NCBI GenBank assembly: GCA_965216875.1
Contig: OZ244207.1
Span: 6,720,001 to 6,784,000, forward strand
From: Rubripirellula sp.
Lineage (GTDB): Bacteria; Planctomycetota; Planctomycetia; Pirellulales; Pirellulaceae
Reading direction: 5' to 3'
DNA: 64,000 bases
Positions 29,481 through 38,646 of this stretch are shown here, one piece after another. The stretch's first letter is position 1. Each line of letters begins with the position of its first letter. The notes under the pieces were generated by a model. The model searched no databases. It was not told the origin of the DNA and saw nothing but the letters and a program-made list of their open reading frames with translations. The translations under genes were made by a program, and so were the position numbers.

Positions 29481-29579
29481 ATGGCCAAACCACAACACAA
29501 AATTAAAAAAGCCAATCATGGCCGCCGTCCGGCCAGTGCAAAGGCACGCAAAGCAAAGCGTAAGAAAATCAAAACCTGA
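29481..29579 (+). CDS. Small basic protein, 50S ribosomal protein bL37-like (not in ORF track)
   Basis: MAKPQHKIKKANHGRRPASAKARKAKRKKIKT*; KANHGRRP matches the KANHGKRP core of actinobacterial bL37. Confidence 0.85.
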   Translation: MAKPQHKIKKANHGRRPASAKARKAKRKKIKT

Positions 29580-29612
29580 TCCGATTCTTTCAATCACGAA
29601 CCTAGGCTGATT

Positions 29613-30143
29613 GTGCCCAAGAGCGACTACCTGATCGATCTGTCACTGTTGGATTTGGACAATCCGATCGCTGATCTCGAAGCGATCCGAGAACTCAATC
29701 CTCAGCGGCACGAAATGGAACAGCTAACCTCGGTCCTTTACGAGGACCTGGACAGGCACTGCTGCGCGGCGCTCAAAGAGATCACCGCCGACGAGTTCTG
29801 GGTTCGCGGACACATGCCCGGCATGCCTTTGATGCCGGGTGTGGTGATGCTTGAAGCGGTGGCTCAGCTATCGAGCTATTTCACGCAAAAGCACGATCTA
29901 TTGGGAGCCGACATGGTTGGCTTCGGCGGCGTCGACGATGTCCGATTTCGCGGTGTCGTGACTCCAGGAGACCGTCTGATTTTGATGGTCGAGATGATCA
30001 AGGTTCGCAAAGGCCGTATGATCGTCGCCAAGTTCCAAGGTGTTGTGAACGAGAACATCGTCCTGGAAGGCGTCTTGCGAGGCATCCCGATTCCAGTCGA
30101 ATCGGTCGAAAACCTGCTCGCCCAAAAAGCCGATCAGGCTTAG
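29613..30143 (+). CDS. FabA/FabZ-family 3-hydroxyacyl-ACP dehydratase
   Basis: NPQRHEM, WVRGHMPGMPLMPGVVMLEAVAQ, FRGVVTPGD. Confidence 0.88.
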   Translation: MPKSDYLIDLSLLDLDNPIADLEAIRELNPQRHEMEQLTSVLYEDLDRHCCAALKEITADEFWVRGHMPGMPLMPGVVMLEAVAQLSSYFTQKHDLLGADMVGFGGVDDVRFRGVVTPGDRLILMVEMIKVRKGRMIVAKFQGVVNENIVLEGVLRGIPIPVESVENLLAQKADQA

Positions 30144-30152
30144 CCTTTCTCG

Positions 30153-30397
30153 GTGAGCCGAGACTCGCGTAAGCGGTACGGCTTTTCTTGTGCGCACTAC
30201 ACTGACCTGTTGTGCCGGATCTGCGTCGCTGTCGCTCCTTGATCCGGCCTACGTTGTGAGCCGAGACTCGCGTTAGCGGCCGGGTTCTCTCGCACTTATT
30301 CCAAGGGCCAACTGCAAGGGCCCGAGGCCTAACGGCCTGCGGCTCACGGGCCGGGAATGCCGGATCTGTGTCGCTGTCGCTACTTGATCGGGCCTAC
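30153..30397. repeat. REP mosaic: family C (30153-30176), E (30213-30252), C doublet (30256-30347), E (30358-30397)
   Basis: GTGAGCCGAGACTCGCGTAAGCGG; TGCCGGATCTGYGTCGCTGTCGCTMCTTGATCSGGCCTAC; GGCCCGAGGCCTAACGGCCTGCGGCTCAC. Confidence 0.88.
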
Positions 30398-31629
30398 GCG
30401 TTGGGACCGATTGATTCGCCTCGCGCGTGGCGTGCAAGTGTTTCCTGGTACTTGCGTTTGCCATCTTCGACCGTTTTGCGGATCGCTTTGGTGCTCTCTT
30501 CGCTTTCTTTGCGAAGCTCGGCGATCATTTGCAGCGATTCGATTTGGAAGTCGCTGATGGCGTCGACAAGCTTCTGGACGGATTCGGGATTGATGGTGCT
30601 GCCGTAACCAGCCTTGAGTGCGGCACGCTCGAGTTCGCGACCGAGATCGGCGATGTCTTCAAGTCCTTTATTGACGCCGTCTTTCATTGCCTCGGTGGCC
30701 TGAGTGACTTCGTGCAGGCCGTGTTGAGCGGTGTAGACCGTTCCAAGGATCGTGAAGACGTGTTCGTTCGTGGTGAAGAACGTCACGGAACGTCGATACA
30801 CACGTTCTTTGACGTCGTGGGTTTGCTTTAGCTTGGCGATCAATGTCTCGCCAACGTCATAACCGATCTCCAAGTTCTCGGCGATGTCTTTGAGCAACTG
30901 GTAGGTCTCGTCTTCCTTTTCGTAGCGATGACGGGCTTCATCGCGAGCGAGTTCCAACTCGCTTTTTCCGCCTTCATCAGTGCCGGTGTAGTTATCCAAA
31001 GCGTCTTGTGCCGACGAGAGTGCGTCCTTGGCTGCCTGCAAAGTTGGGCCATGCGAATCATAGACTTCGCGTGCCAGCACTTCGGCTTCTTTGAGTGCGA
31101 AGCGGAAATCGATGTAGCCATCCATGATGCGCTCTTCGCTTTTGAGCGCTTCCTTGGTGTCTTTGGCGACTTCGCTGTAGACCTCGACGATCTTTTCGAA
31201 TCGATCGCTGGGAGTGCCGCGTCGCATCTTCATCCACCAGTTCGATAGCTTTTCAGTGCCGCTGATGCGACCATCGTCGAGCTGGGCGATCAATCGCTTG
31301 CTGTCTTCCCGAACCGAATCGAACATCTGAGTGATGTCCATGTAGCGATTGCCGACCGAGACGCTTTCGACGTTTTCTCGAACCAACGCATTGAAGGCGC
31401 TCATGTGCTGGATGACATCCGCGATCGCCAACACCTTGGTTTCGTCGACATGCTTGACGCTTTCGAGCAGCGTCAGCATCTCTTGCGGCGCGGTCTGGGA
31501 GCTGTCGATTTGAAAATCTTTGAGTACGCCGACGGCGCGATCGAGGTAGTCACGGTACTTGGTAGCACGGCCTTCGGACTGGGTGGATTGATTGGGTTCT
31601 GGGGCGGGCGCTTGAGCTTGCTCTGACAT
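30394..31629 (-). CDS. All-helical coiled-coil protein, possibly TelA/KlaB-like
   Basis: 411 aa, strongly helical and charged, no signal peptide or clear TM; ATG 31629; family call is by recollection. Confidence 0.7.
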   Translation of the reverse strand: MSEQAQAPAPEPNQSTQSEGRATKYRDYLDRAVGVLKDFQIDSSQTAPQEMLTLLESVKHVDETKVLAIADVIQHMSAFNALVRENVESVSVGNRYMDITQMFDSVREDSKRLIAQLDDGRISGTEKLSNWWMKMRRGTPSDRFEKIVEVYSEVAKDTKEALKSEERIMDGYIDFRFALKEAEVLAREVYDSHGPTLQAAKDALSSAQDALDNYTGTDEGGKSELELARDEARHRYEKEDETYQLLKDIAENLEIGYDVGETLIAKLKQTHDVKERVYRRSVTFFTTNEHVFTILGTVYTAQHGLHEVTQATEAMKDGVNKGLEDIADLGRELERAALKAGYGSTINPESVQKLVDAISDFQIESLQMIAELRKESEESTKAIRKTVEDGKRKYQETLARHARGESIGPNA

Positions 31630-31852
31630 GACCGAAGTGAATCTCCACACAGTTGATTTTGATGAGTCGCGCGAGCAAGATGGCTCGCGCCTGTTGATGT
31701 TGTTTCTTGCCGGATGTTTTTAATACCGATTCCGCGACCCCCTAAGGTTAGCGCGTCGATGCGGGCTTCGCAATCGTTGTCGGCATCCAAGTGGGGCACG
31801 AAAAGGACTCACATCGGGCGTGAAATTGCCAAACGACGACTTTGAGTTCTTT

Positions 31853-32129
31853 TTGAGCCGAGACTCGCATAAGCGGGGCCCAGAGTCATTGGGCCCAGAG
31901 TCTCTGGGGCCTGAGACATTGGGCAAAGGCGGCCAAAGCCCCAGGCCTGACGGCCTGACGGCTCACGGCTTGGAATGTTACGCACCTGTCGTTTTGCCGG
32001 ATCTGTGTCGCTGTCGCTCCTTGATCCGGCCTACGCAGTGAGCCGCGACTCGCGTAGGCGGCCGGGCTTTGCCTTCTTTCGCACTTGCACTTATTCCAAG
32101 GGCCCGAGGCCTGACGGCCAGCGGCTCAC
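31853..32129. repeat. REP mosaic: C doublet (31853-31966) with internal 3x15-bp tandem repeat, E (31995-32034), C doublet (32038-32129)
   Basis: GGGCCCAGAGTCATT-like unit three times at 31876-31920; block 31995-32129 is a near copy of 30213-30347. Confidence 0.88.
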
Positions 32130-32260
32130 CGGCAATGCAATCGGGGCAGACCGAAAGGACTTTGCGCCCCATGCACTTAGCAAATGTGCCTTGTCTCGGT
32201 TCGCGGTGACGCGTGGCCGACCACAAAACTGGGGTGGCTGCATCGATCGCGGGCGATTGC

Positions 32261-32332
32261 CTAAGATGTGTCGTGCCAGCACGCCTCAGATGTGTCGTGC
32301 CAGCACGCCTCAGGTGCGTCGTGCCAGCACGG
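32261..32332 (+). repeat. Tandem repeat, 3 x 24 bp
   Basis: CTAAGATGTGTCGTGCCAGCACGC / CTCAGATGTGTCGTGCCAGCACGC / CTCAGGTGCGTCGTGCCAGCACGG. Confidence 0.92.
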
Positions 32333-32368
32333 CGACCTGCTCCGTTTCCTTCGCGTTTCACTGAATCG

Positions 32369-32770
32369 ATGCCAAACGCCAACGCCACACAATCGCAGCC
32401 TCGACAGCAGCGAGATATTCGCTTGCCGGGGGAAGATCTGACGATTGCAGAAACGCTTCGCGTCTTGGACGTGGCTCGTGAAATGCGAGATCAACGCGAA
32501 ACGGCCGAGGAAATGTTTCGCCGGGATGATGTGCGCGCACAGTTGCGTGAGAAGCTGATGCGGACGGCCCAGGTTTCCGGCGATCGGGTGACCGAAGCCG
32601 AGATCGATGCGGCGATCGCTCAATACATGGACACAGTTCACACCTACAGTGATCCGCCAGCGGGGATGCAAAATTTCCTTGCCCATTGTTGGATTTGGCG
32701 CGGTCGGATTGCGTTTGGACTGGCCAGCGCCGCGGCGCTCGTTGGCAGCATGTGGTTTTTATTCTCTTAG
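32369..32770 (+). CDS. DUF6384-like small protein with C-terminal TM anchor
   Basis: LRVLDVAREMR...LREKL...GDRVTEAEIDAAI...YSDPP...LAHCWIWRGR then TM; ATG 32369 preferred to GTG 32213. Confidence 0.7.
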   Translation: MPNANATQSQPRQQRDIRLPGEDLTIAETLRVLDVAREMRDQRETAEEMFRRDDVRAQLREKLMRTAQVSGDRVTEAEIDAAIAQYMDTVHTYSDPPAGMQNFLAHCWIWRGRIAFGLASAAALVGSMWFLFS

Positions 32771-32789
32771 TGGTGAAAGACACTTTTCG

Positions 32790-34232
32790 ATGACAACTTC
32801 GGGTCCGGTGGTTCACCAACAATTGATGAATGCCTATGCCGAAGCGCAAGCGCGATTGGAAGAGGAGCGTGCCAAGACGGGACGTTTCCATGATGCTCGT
32901 GACGGCTTGAACGACGATCGAAGCAACGCGCTGGTGAGCCTTGCCGAGCATTATTTGCCCGAGCTGACCCGAGAGGCGATCGAAACGACGTGGTCAGAAA
33001 TCAAGCCCCGAGTCTCGAACCTGCTCCTGCAAAAAGAAGATCATCAAAGACGAGTCCAAAACCAGCTCGAGGTTGCACGTAGCGAACACAGCGAACGTGA
33101 AAAGGAGTTCATGACGCTGACGGAAACGATCGATCAAGCGACCGACAAACGCAACGAGCTTGCCGGTCAAGTCGAGCGGAAGCTGCAAAGCGACGAAAAG
33201 TTCGTTCAACTCGCGGATCGCGCTGCCGTCGCCGAAGCGGCACTTGAACGTGCCGAGGCCAATTTGAACGAGATTGATCAAGACGCCGCGCGAAAACTGC
33301 CCGCTTACGAAAAGAGCAAGCTGTTCCGTTACCTGTACGATCAAGGGTTTGGGACGGAAGGTTACGGCAAGCGCGGTTTCACTCGACGGATGGATCGCGC
33401 ACTTGCGCGTTTTATCGGGTTTGGCAAAGCGAAACAGGGATATGAATTCCTTCGCAAGACGCCCGACCAAATGCGCCGGATCATCGCCGAAGATCGTGAC
33501 GATCTTGATACCGTCATGGACGAGTTGGTACGGCGACGAGACATTGTGGCTCAGGAGTTTGGTTTACCGGCGTCGGTTCGCGAAGTCGAATCGCTCGACA
33601 AGCAACGTGAAGTGCAGTTGCAGAAGATTGGGAGCTTGGATTCCAAGATTCGCTCGTCCTGTGATGAACTGGCTGAGTTGGAGAGCACGCAGGGGCCCTA
33701 TTATCGAGAAGCGATCCGGGCTTTTCGCGAGTTGCTTGAAAAGCACGACCTCCATGAGCTTCAGCGACGCGCCGATGCAACGGCGGAATTGACCGACGAT
33801 CAAATCGTTGCACGCCTTGCGGGGGTTGATATCGAGATCGAACACTTGGACGATCAAACCAAAGACCAAATGAAGCGTATCGACCAAATGCGCGAGTCGA
33901 TTTCAGAACTGGGGCGATTGGTTCAGCGGTTTCGCGCCGCGCAATTCGATTCCAAGCGTTCGAATTTCATCGGATCGCTCGACATCATGGAAGAGTTCCA
34001 GCAGGCAATGGACAAGGGTGACATTGATCAGCTGTGGCAGCGCGTACGACGGGCTCAGCGCTGGGGTGATGTCGACGACCGTCCACCGATGATGGCTGTG
34101 TTGGTCAATGCGATGTCGGATGCCGCAGGCTCGAAGTCGGATCACGCGCGACGCGCCGGACAACGCCGCGCACGTCGCGATGCTCAGGACAACTCGGGAG
34201 CGAGTTGGGATGGCGACAGCAGTCGCGATTGA
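32790..34232 (+). CDS. Long coiled-coil hypothetical protein
   Basis: 480 aa, heptad-rich; aromatic core YEKSKLFRYLYDQGFGTEGY; 19 bp after the DUF6384-like gene. Confidence 0.8.
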   Translation: MTTSGPVVHQQLMNAYAEAQARLEEERAKTGRFHDARDGLNDDRSNALVSLAEHYLPELTREAIETTWSEIKPRVSNLLLQKEDHQRRVQNQLEVARSEHSEREKEFMTLTETIDQATDKRNELAGQVERKLQSDEKFVQLADRAAVAEAALERAEANLNEIDQDAARKLPAYEKSKLFRYLYDQGFGTEGYGKRGFTRRMDRALARFIGFGKAKQGYEFLRKTPDQMRRIIAEDRDDLDTVMDELVRRRDIVAQEFGLPASVREVESLDKQREVQLQKIGSLDSKIRSSCDELAELESTQGPYYREAIRAFRELLEKHDLHELQRRADATAELTDDQIVARLAGVDIEIEHLDDQTKDQMKRIDQMRESISELGRLVQRFRAAQFDSKRSNFIGSLDIMEEFQQAMDKGDIDQLWQRVRRAQRWGDVDDRPPMMAVLVNAMSDAAGSKSDHARRAGQRRARRDAQDNSGASWDGDSSRD

Positions 34233-34260
34233 CCCGAAGACACAGCCTGGTTCAGTGCCC

Positions 34261-36114
34261 TCAGTTCTTGGGGGCGAATACGACAAAGTATTGGTGTTGA
34301 GCCCAATTCGGAGTGACGTCGAATCGCCAGCACGCTTGGTTTAGTGGGGCGATCCCCTCTTCGAAAAGTGGAAGGTTTCCTAAAGGAACGAGCGGATACG
34401 CAGCGTCTGGAAACGCGATGAATCGCGTCGTGGCCGATTCGAGGTGCAGCTTGTTGACCACACCGCCAACTTGCTGGTAGTCGTGAAGTTCTGCTGACGA
34501 GATCGCGTCCGCTGCAGCAAATGAAAGCGGCGGATGTGATTCGTCGATAAGCAACGCTGCTTTTAGATCTGTGATCTGTGGTTCAGACGGCATCGGTAAT
34601 GCCACGTTGAGGTAGTGGTAGCCGGTAAAGGGAACGACTGCCGTTCGACTTGTTCTTGACAGCCGAACCACACGCTCCGACGCGATGCGTTGATTCAAGA
34701 TGAAGGGTGATGCTTCGTAGATCGCCCAGTTCACCGGCGGAGTTAGGTTTGACCGGCCGAGCGGTCGAGGACGTCTCGATACCGAGCCGAAGATCGCAGG
34801 CTTGTTCGAGTCCTTGATGACTTCTTCTTTCGTCAAATGAGACTGCGGCAATGGAAAGGCTTTTTGCAGAGCCCGCCCTTGCTGGGTGGCGAATTCCTTT
34901 CGCCAGCGAAGGACTTCCGCAGTTGCCGCTTCATAGTCCTTGATTGCGCCAGGAAGGTCAGGAGCCTTTGCAGCAAGTTTCTCGAGAGCGGATTGGCATG
35001 CTTCTCGAACGGAAGTTTGCGATCGACGTTCGGCAATGCTGACCTCTTTCAGCAAGTCGGCGTAAACGGTCGAGACTTGATCGGCCGGGGTTGCCTGGGC
35101 TGTGGCTTCAATCAGTTTGGAAAGCCATTGGCGGGCTTCATCGGAGAGTTTGCGAGACCGAGCTCGTGACTCGGGCGAGATCGAAGTTGCACTGGGGCTA
35201 CTGCTAATGCCCGCAGCAAAGACCCATTCGATGGTGCCCATTCGCGTCAGCCCCGAAGACGCTCGTCCCCAAAGGTCGACGAGGTGAGCGAATGCTTTGG
35301 CAGGACCGACTTCTCCCGCATCACCCAAAGACGCTTTGCCCGTTGTCGCGATTTCATCCACGATCCGCTTTGCTTCGGTCGGAAACGCGTTGGCCGCGTT
35401 TGCATGAGCTTGCATTGCAGATTTTGCTTGTTCGGCGTATTTGATTCTCTCTTTGGGATGAATCAGGGATTCGCCTCTGGACATCAACGAATCGAATGCG
35501 CCGCTGTACTTGGTTGCTTCCGTGGGTGTGAAAAAGGCGATCTTGGCATAGAGTTCGATGCCGTGATTTTCCATCAGCGGAAGAAACCGATCAGTCTTGC
35601 CGGAATCGAGGGCAGCGCCTGCTTGCTGAAGGAACTTCTGACGTCGAGGCTGTTCGCGATCGAGTTGTTTCTTGAGCGACATCTTGTACCGACCGCCTTG
35701 GTTCGCATTGCTGCGAAGGGCTATTCTTTTCATTGGCGCGGTCATCATGCCGAACCGTCGTTCAAGGTCCGTCCCCGCTGGTTCGCCCATGCGTTGAAGT
35801 CGACGGGCATCGCGAAGACCTTGCCAATTCTCTGCGAACGCTTTGCCGATGAGTTTTTGCGGCAATTTCTCGGGGGCGTTGACGTAGGTTTCGCCTGACC
35901 ATTTGAGAAGGTTTGTTTCGTGCGTGGCATACAGGGCGTACAGTTTGGTGGCCAAGTCCTTGGCTTCGGGGATCGTGCCGTGAGCAGCAAGTCCTTTGTC
36001 CGGTTCGGCGCTGTTCGGATTGGCGGTGGCGGTTTGCCTACCAACCAACGCGAACATCCCGGCCATCACGATGAAGCAGCGAGCGCCGCAGCGAAGAAGT
36101 GTTTGAGTCGTCAT
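34261..36114 (-). CDS. Hypothetical secreted protein
   Basis: 617-aa ORF with signal-like N-terminus; start overlaps the upstream stop. Confidence 0.75.
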   Translation of the reverse strand: MTTQTLLRCGARCFIVMAGMFALVGRQTATANPNSAEPDKGLAAHGTIPEAKDLATKLYALYATHETNLLKWSGETYVNAPEKLPQKLIGKAFAENWQGLRDARRLQRMGEPAGTDLERRFGMMTAPMKRIALRSNANQGGRYKMSLKKQLDREQPRRQKFLQQAGAALDSGKTDRFLPLMENHGIELYAKIAFFTPTEATKYSGAFDSLMSRGESLIHPKERIKYAEQAKSAMQAHANAANAFPTEAKRIVDEIATTGKASLGDAGEVGPAKAFAHLVDLWGRASSGLTRMGTIEWVFAAGISSSPSATSISPESRARSRKLSDEARQWLSKLIEATAQATPADQVSTVYADLLKEVSIAERRSQTSVREACQSALEKLAAKAPDLPGAIKDYEAATAEVLRWRKEFATQQGRALQKAFPLPQSHLTKEEVIKDSNKPAIFGSVSRRPRPLGRSNLTPPVNWAIYEASPFILNQRIASERVVRLSRTSRTAVVPFTGYHYLNVALPMPSEPQITDLKAALLIDESHPPLSFAAADAISSAELHDYQQVGGVVNKLHLESATTRFIAFPDAAYPLVPLGNLPLFEEGIAPLNQACWRFDVTPNWAQHQYFVVFAPKN

Positions 36115-36758
36115 TACAGCTGCTCCTTCGCGATAAGGGCCACGATGTCGCCGCCGCTGACACGCACAACTTTGCCGTCACTGGTGATGAGGTCTGCCAT
36201 CCCAAGGCTCGCTTCGATCACATTCCGTTCGGCATCAAATCGATTGACGTTGACGATGATGGAGCTGCCCGGTTTCGTCATGGCGATCGGCGAACTGTAC
36301 GATTCTTGGTAATACATGTCGCAGTTGATCTTCTCGCCCGATAAGCCGGTAACCCCTGCCGCGCTCGTGCCACCATGCAGCAACAGAGCTGGGAACGTAC
36401 GGCTTGACTGAGTCGTGTCGTAAGTCGCGATTTGAAAAACATTGGGACGTCCATCACCCACCGAGATGAGCTGCACGGAGGCAGACTTGATGGTGACATC
36501 GGGGTCGAGCTTTAGTGTGGCTTGTCCCTTTTCCGGTAGCTGCGATTCGATGCTTTCGACACCCGCTTTGGCAATCTCTTGTGTCTTTTCAGTAGCCGTG
36601 TTGATTGCCTCTTTGAACTCCTCTTTCGAGCAGCCTAGGGAGACGAGCAGCACTCCGGTGAGCACAAGCACCAGCTGAGAGGAACGCTCAAAGAACCAGC
36701 GGTGCAAAGACGGGATTGTGCGGCGTGAAGGCGGCCGGCTTGAAGGTTGAAAAGGCAT
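36114..36758 (-). CDS. Hypothetical lipoprotein
   Basis: Hydrophobic stretch ending in lipobox SLGC; start uncertain, ATG 36758 chosen. Confidence 0.7.
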   Translation of the reverse strand: MPFQPSSRPPSRRTIPSLHRWFFERSSQLVLVLTGVLLVSLGCSKEEFKEAINTATEKTQEIAKAGVESIESQLPEKGQATLKLDPDVTIKSASVQLISVGDGRPNVFQIATYDTTQSSRTFPALLLHGGTSAAGVTGLSGEKINCDMYYQESYSSPIAMTKPGSSIIVNVNRFDAERNVIEASLGMADLITSDGKVVRVSGGDIVALIAKEQL

Positions 36759-36899
36759 GACGAATCCAAGCGAAAAAATGAGAATAGAGAGACGTCGGGC
36801 GATAGGGCGACAAACGGGATGACAACGAACAGATGATCGGCAAATATTTTTGATGTTGTCTGATCGAGTCGCCAACGTCAACTTTTGGCCCACGAGCCA

Positions 36900-38264
36900 T
36901 CATTGCCGTGCTGGATCGATGTTGCTCCGAGCCGCGGTCGGAAGATGGTTCTTGCCCGTACGAGAGTCGCCTTTGACCCACCCCAGTGGGCGGCCGCCGT
37001 AACGCACGACGCGCCAACCACGTTGGTCACAGGGAATCGGCTGACCGCTAACGAATTGACATGCCAGGGCTTGGTCAATCTCGATCGAGTGAAGCGGCAT
37101 CCGATGTGACATCGTGTTGAGTGCCGCGGCATGAGAGGGTTTCCAGGTTTGTCCGGTGCGGTGTGCAAGCTCGGGGCCTTGGACCGCAACCGATTCGGCC
37201 CAAAGGGGGGCGTCGGCCGGAATGCCAATGATCACCGAGTCAAATTGAATAAGCCGCGTGGTCGATTCGAGCGCAGGAAACCACTCTTGAAACTCTTTCG
37301 GCGCGCGTACCGATGACTTGCGGAGACGATGTCTTGAGGCTTCCTCGAGTGGTCGACAATTGATCACCGAAGCGGCAAAGCTTCCAGCACAACGGTGGCG
37401 ATGAGGCCAGAGGCGATAGCACGCAGTGGATTCGCTTTGATACTCGGTTAGACGCTCGACCGGTTTTGCCTCGACATTGCCGCCCGCGATCAGTCGCTCG
37501 ACTTGCGCTTCATTCTCGGCGTGGGCAAAGGTGCAGGTGCTGTAGACCAATCGTCCACCGGGACTCAACAATCGAACCGCGGCATCAAGAATGCGGTTTT
37601 GACGAACGGCGCTGTGTTCGATTTGCCGTGGCGAAAGAGCCGATTGGCTTTGCCGTCCCCGCGACATCAACGCTTGCCCGCTGCACGGTGCGTCGACAAC
37701 AACAAGGTCGAATTGGCCGCTCAATTGATCGGCAAGTTTCTCGGGATCGAGTGAACTGATGACGTAGCGGTCGGATCCCAATCTCGCCAAGTTGTACTGA
37801 AGCGCCGGCAGGCGTGAACGGATCGGTTCGTTGGCCAGAAGGAATCCGTTATCGCCGATGGCTTCAAGCAGCGCGCTTGCCTTACCGCCAGGAGACGCAC
37901 AGAGGTCGGCGATATTGAGTCCCGAGGAAAGTGAATCGGTATCGGCTCCCGCTGCGGCCAGTGCGAGCAGTGAACCGGCATCTTGAAGGTAATACTCGCC
38001 ACTGGCGTAGGCCAGTTGCTTTGATGGCCGACAAGGTTCATCGGCCGCGGTCTTGCCGGCAAGGTCGTACCAATCGATCGGTTCGAGGACAAACGGAAGC
38101 GATTGCGGGTCGACGTGACGCTGGTAACGCACGACGCTGGGCCAGCGTTTGGTCAACGCTTCGCTGATCAGTGGCAATTGATCCGCATCCACTTGGATCG
38201 GGCCCAGGGCGTCGGCGATCGCACTGCTTGACGGAGTGGAATGCGTTGGACGAGAACGAGCCAC
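36900..38264 (-). CDS. RsmB/RsmF (NOL1/NOP2) family RNA m5C methyltransferase
   Basis: YYLQD, DLCASPGGK, VDAPCSG, YSTCT, ENE; RsmF-like C-terminus GWVKG...KNHLP; GTG 38264 start inferred. Confidence 0.88.
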   Translation of the reverse strand: MARSRPTHSTPSSSAIADALGPIQVDADQLPLISEALTKRWPSVVRYQRHVDPQSLPFVLEPIDWYDLAGKTAADEPCRPSKQLAYASGEYYLQDAGSLLALAAAGADTDSLSSGLNIADLCASPGGKASALLEAIGDNGFLLANEPIRSRLPALQYNLARLGSDRYVISSLDPEKLADQLSGQFDLVVVDAPCSGQALMSRGRQSQSALSPRQIEHSAVRQNRILDAAVRLLSPGGRLVYSTCTFAHAENEAQVERLIAGGNVEAKPVERLTEYQSESTACYRLWPHRHRCAGSFAASVINCRPLEEASRHRLRKSSVRAPKEFQEWFPALESTTRLIQFDSVIIGIPADAPLWAESVAVQGPELAHRTGQTWKPSHAAALNTMSHRMPLHSIEIDQALACQFVSGQPIPCDQRGWRVVRYGGRPLGWVKGDSRTGKNHLPTAARSNIDPARQ

Positions 38265-38268
38265 TGGT

Positions 38269-38556
38269 CTAGCGGCCGAGTTTTCGAAGAATGGCAACGA
38301 GTGTCGAGAGGACGGCGGCCAACAACAACGGTGATGTAAACGTGAACATGATGAACACGATATGCGCGGTCCGGCCAACTTCTTCGGTCGCGCCCGGTTC
38401 TTTGCCAAAGAGAATCGCGATTTCGTTTTGCACCGCAGGCACTCGCGATGCATAGAAGAGGCCCGCCGACATGACAGCGAAAATCACCATCAGCATCATC
38501 ATGAAGCTGATGCTGATTTGTGGTGGGCGACGGCGAACAGTCGACGGTTGGTTCAT
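38269..38556 (-). CDS. Small 2-TM membrane protein
   Basis: Two hydrophobic helices; co-oriented between spoVG and the methyltransferase. Confidence 0.7.
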   Translation of the reverse strand: MNQPSTVRRRPPQISISFMMMLMVIFAVMSAGLFYASRVPAVQNEIAILFGKEPGATEEVGRTAHIVFIMFTFTSPLLLAAVLSTLVAILRKLGR

Positions 38557-38646
38557 AAGCAAGCAGTGCGCGCGGGACTCGGCCGCTCAGGAATTGGCGA
38601 AAGGCTTGCTTAGTTTAGTCGACTTGGCGAGAAAAGGCGATTGGCT

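Noticed and set aside
32261..32332. Possible CRISPR array
   Set aside because: Repeats are head-to-tail with no spacers, and no cas genes are present; the dispersed palindromes elsewhere are also not regularly spaced
31978..32388. ORF with repeated RRAGTTHL peptide
   Set aside because: Translation of the 24-bp tandem repeat and REP DNA; no coding support
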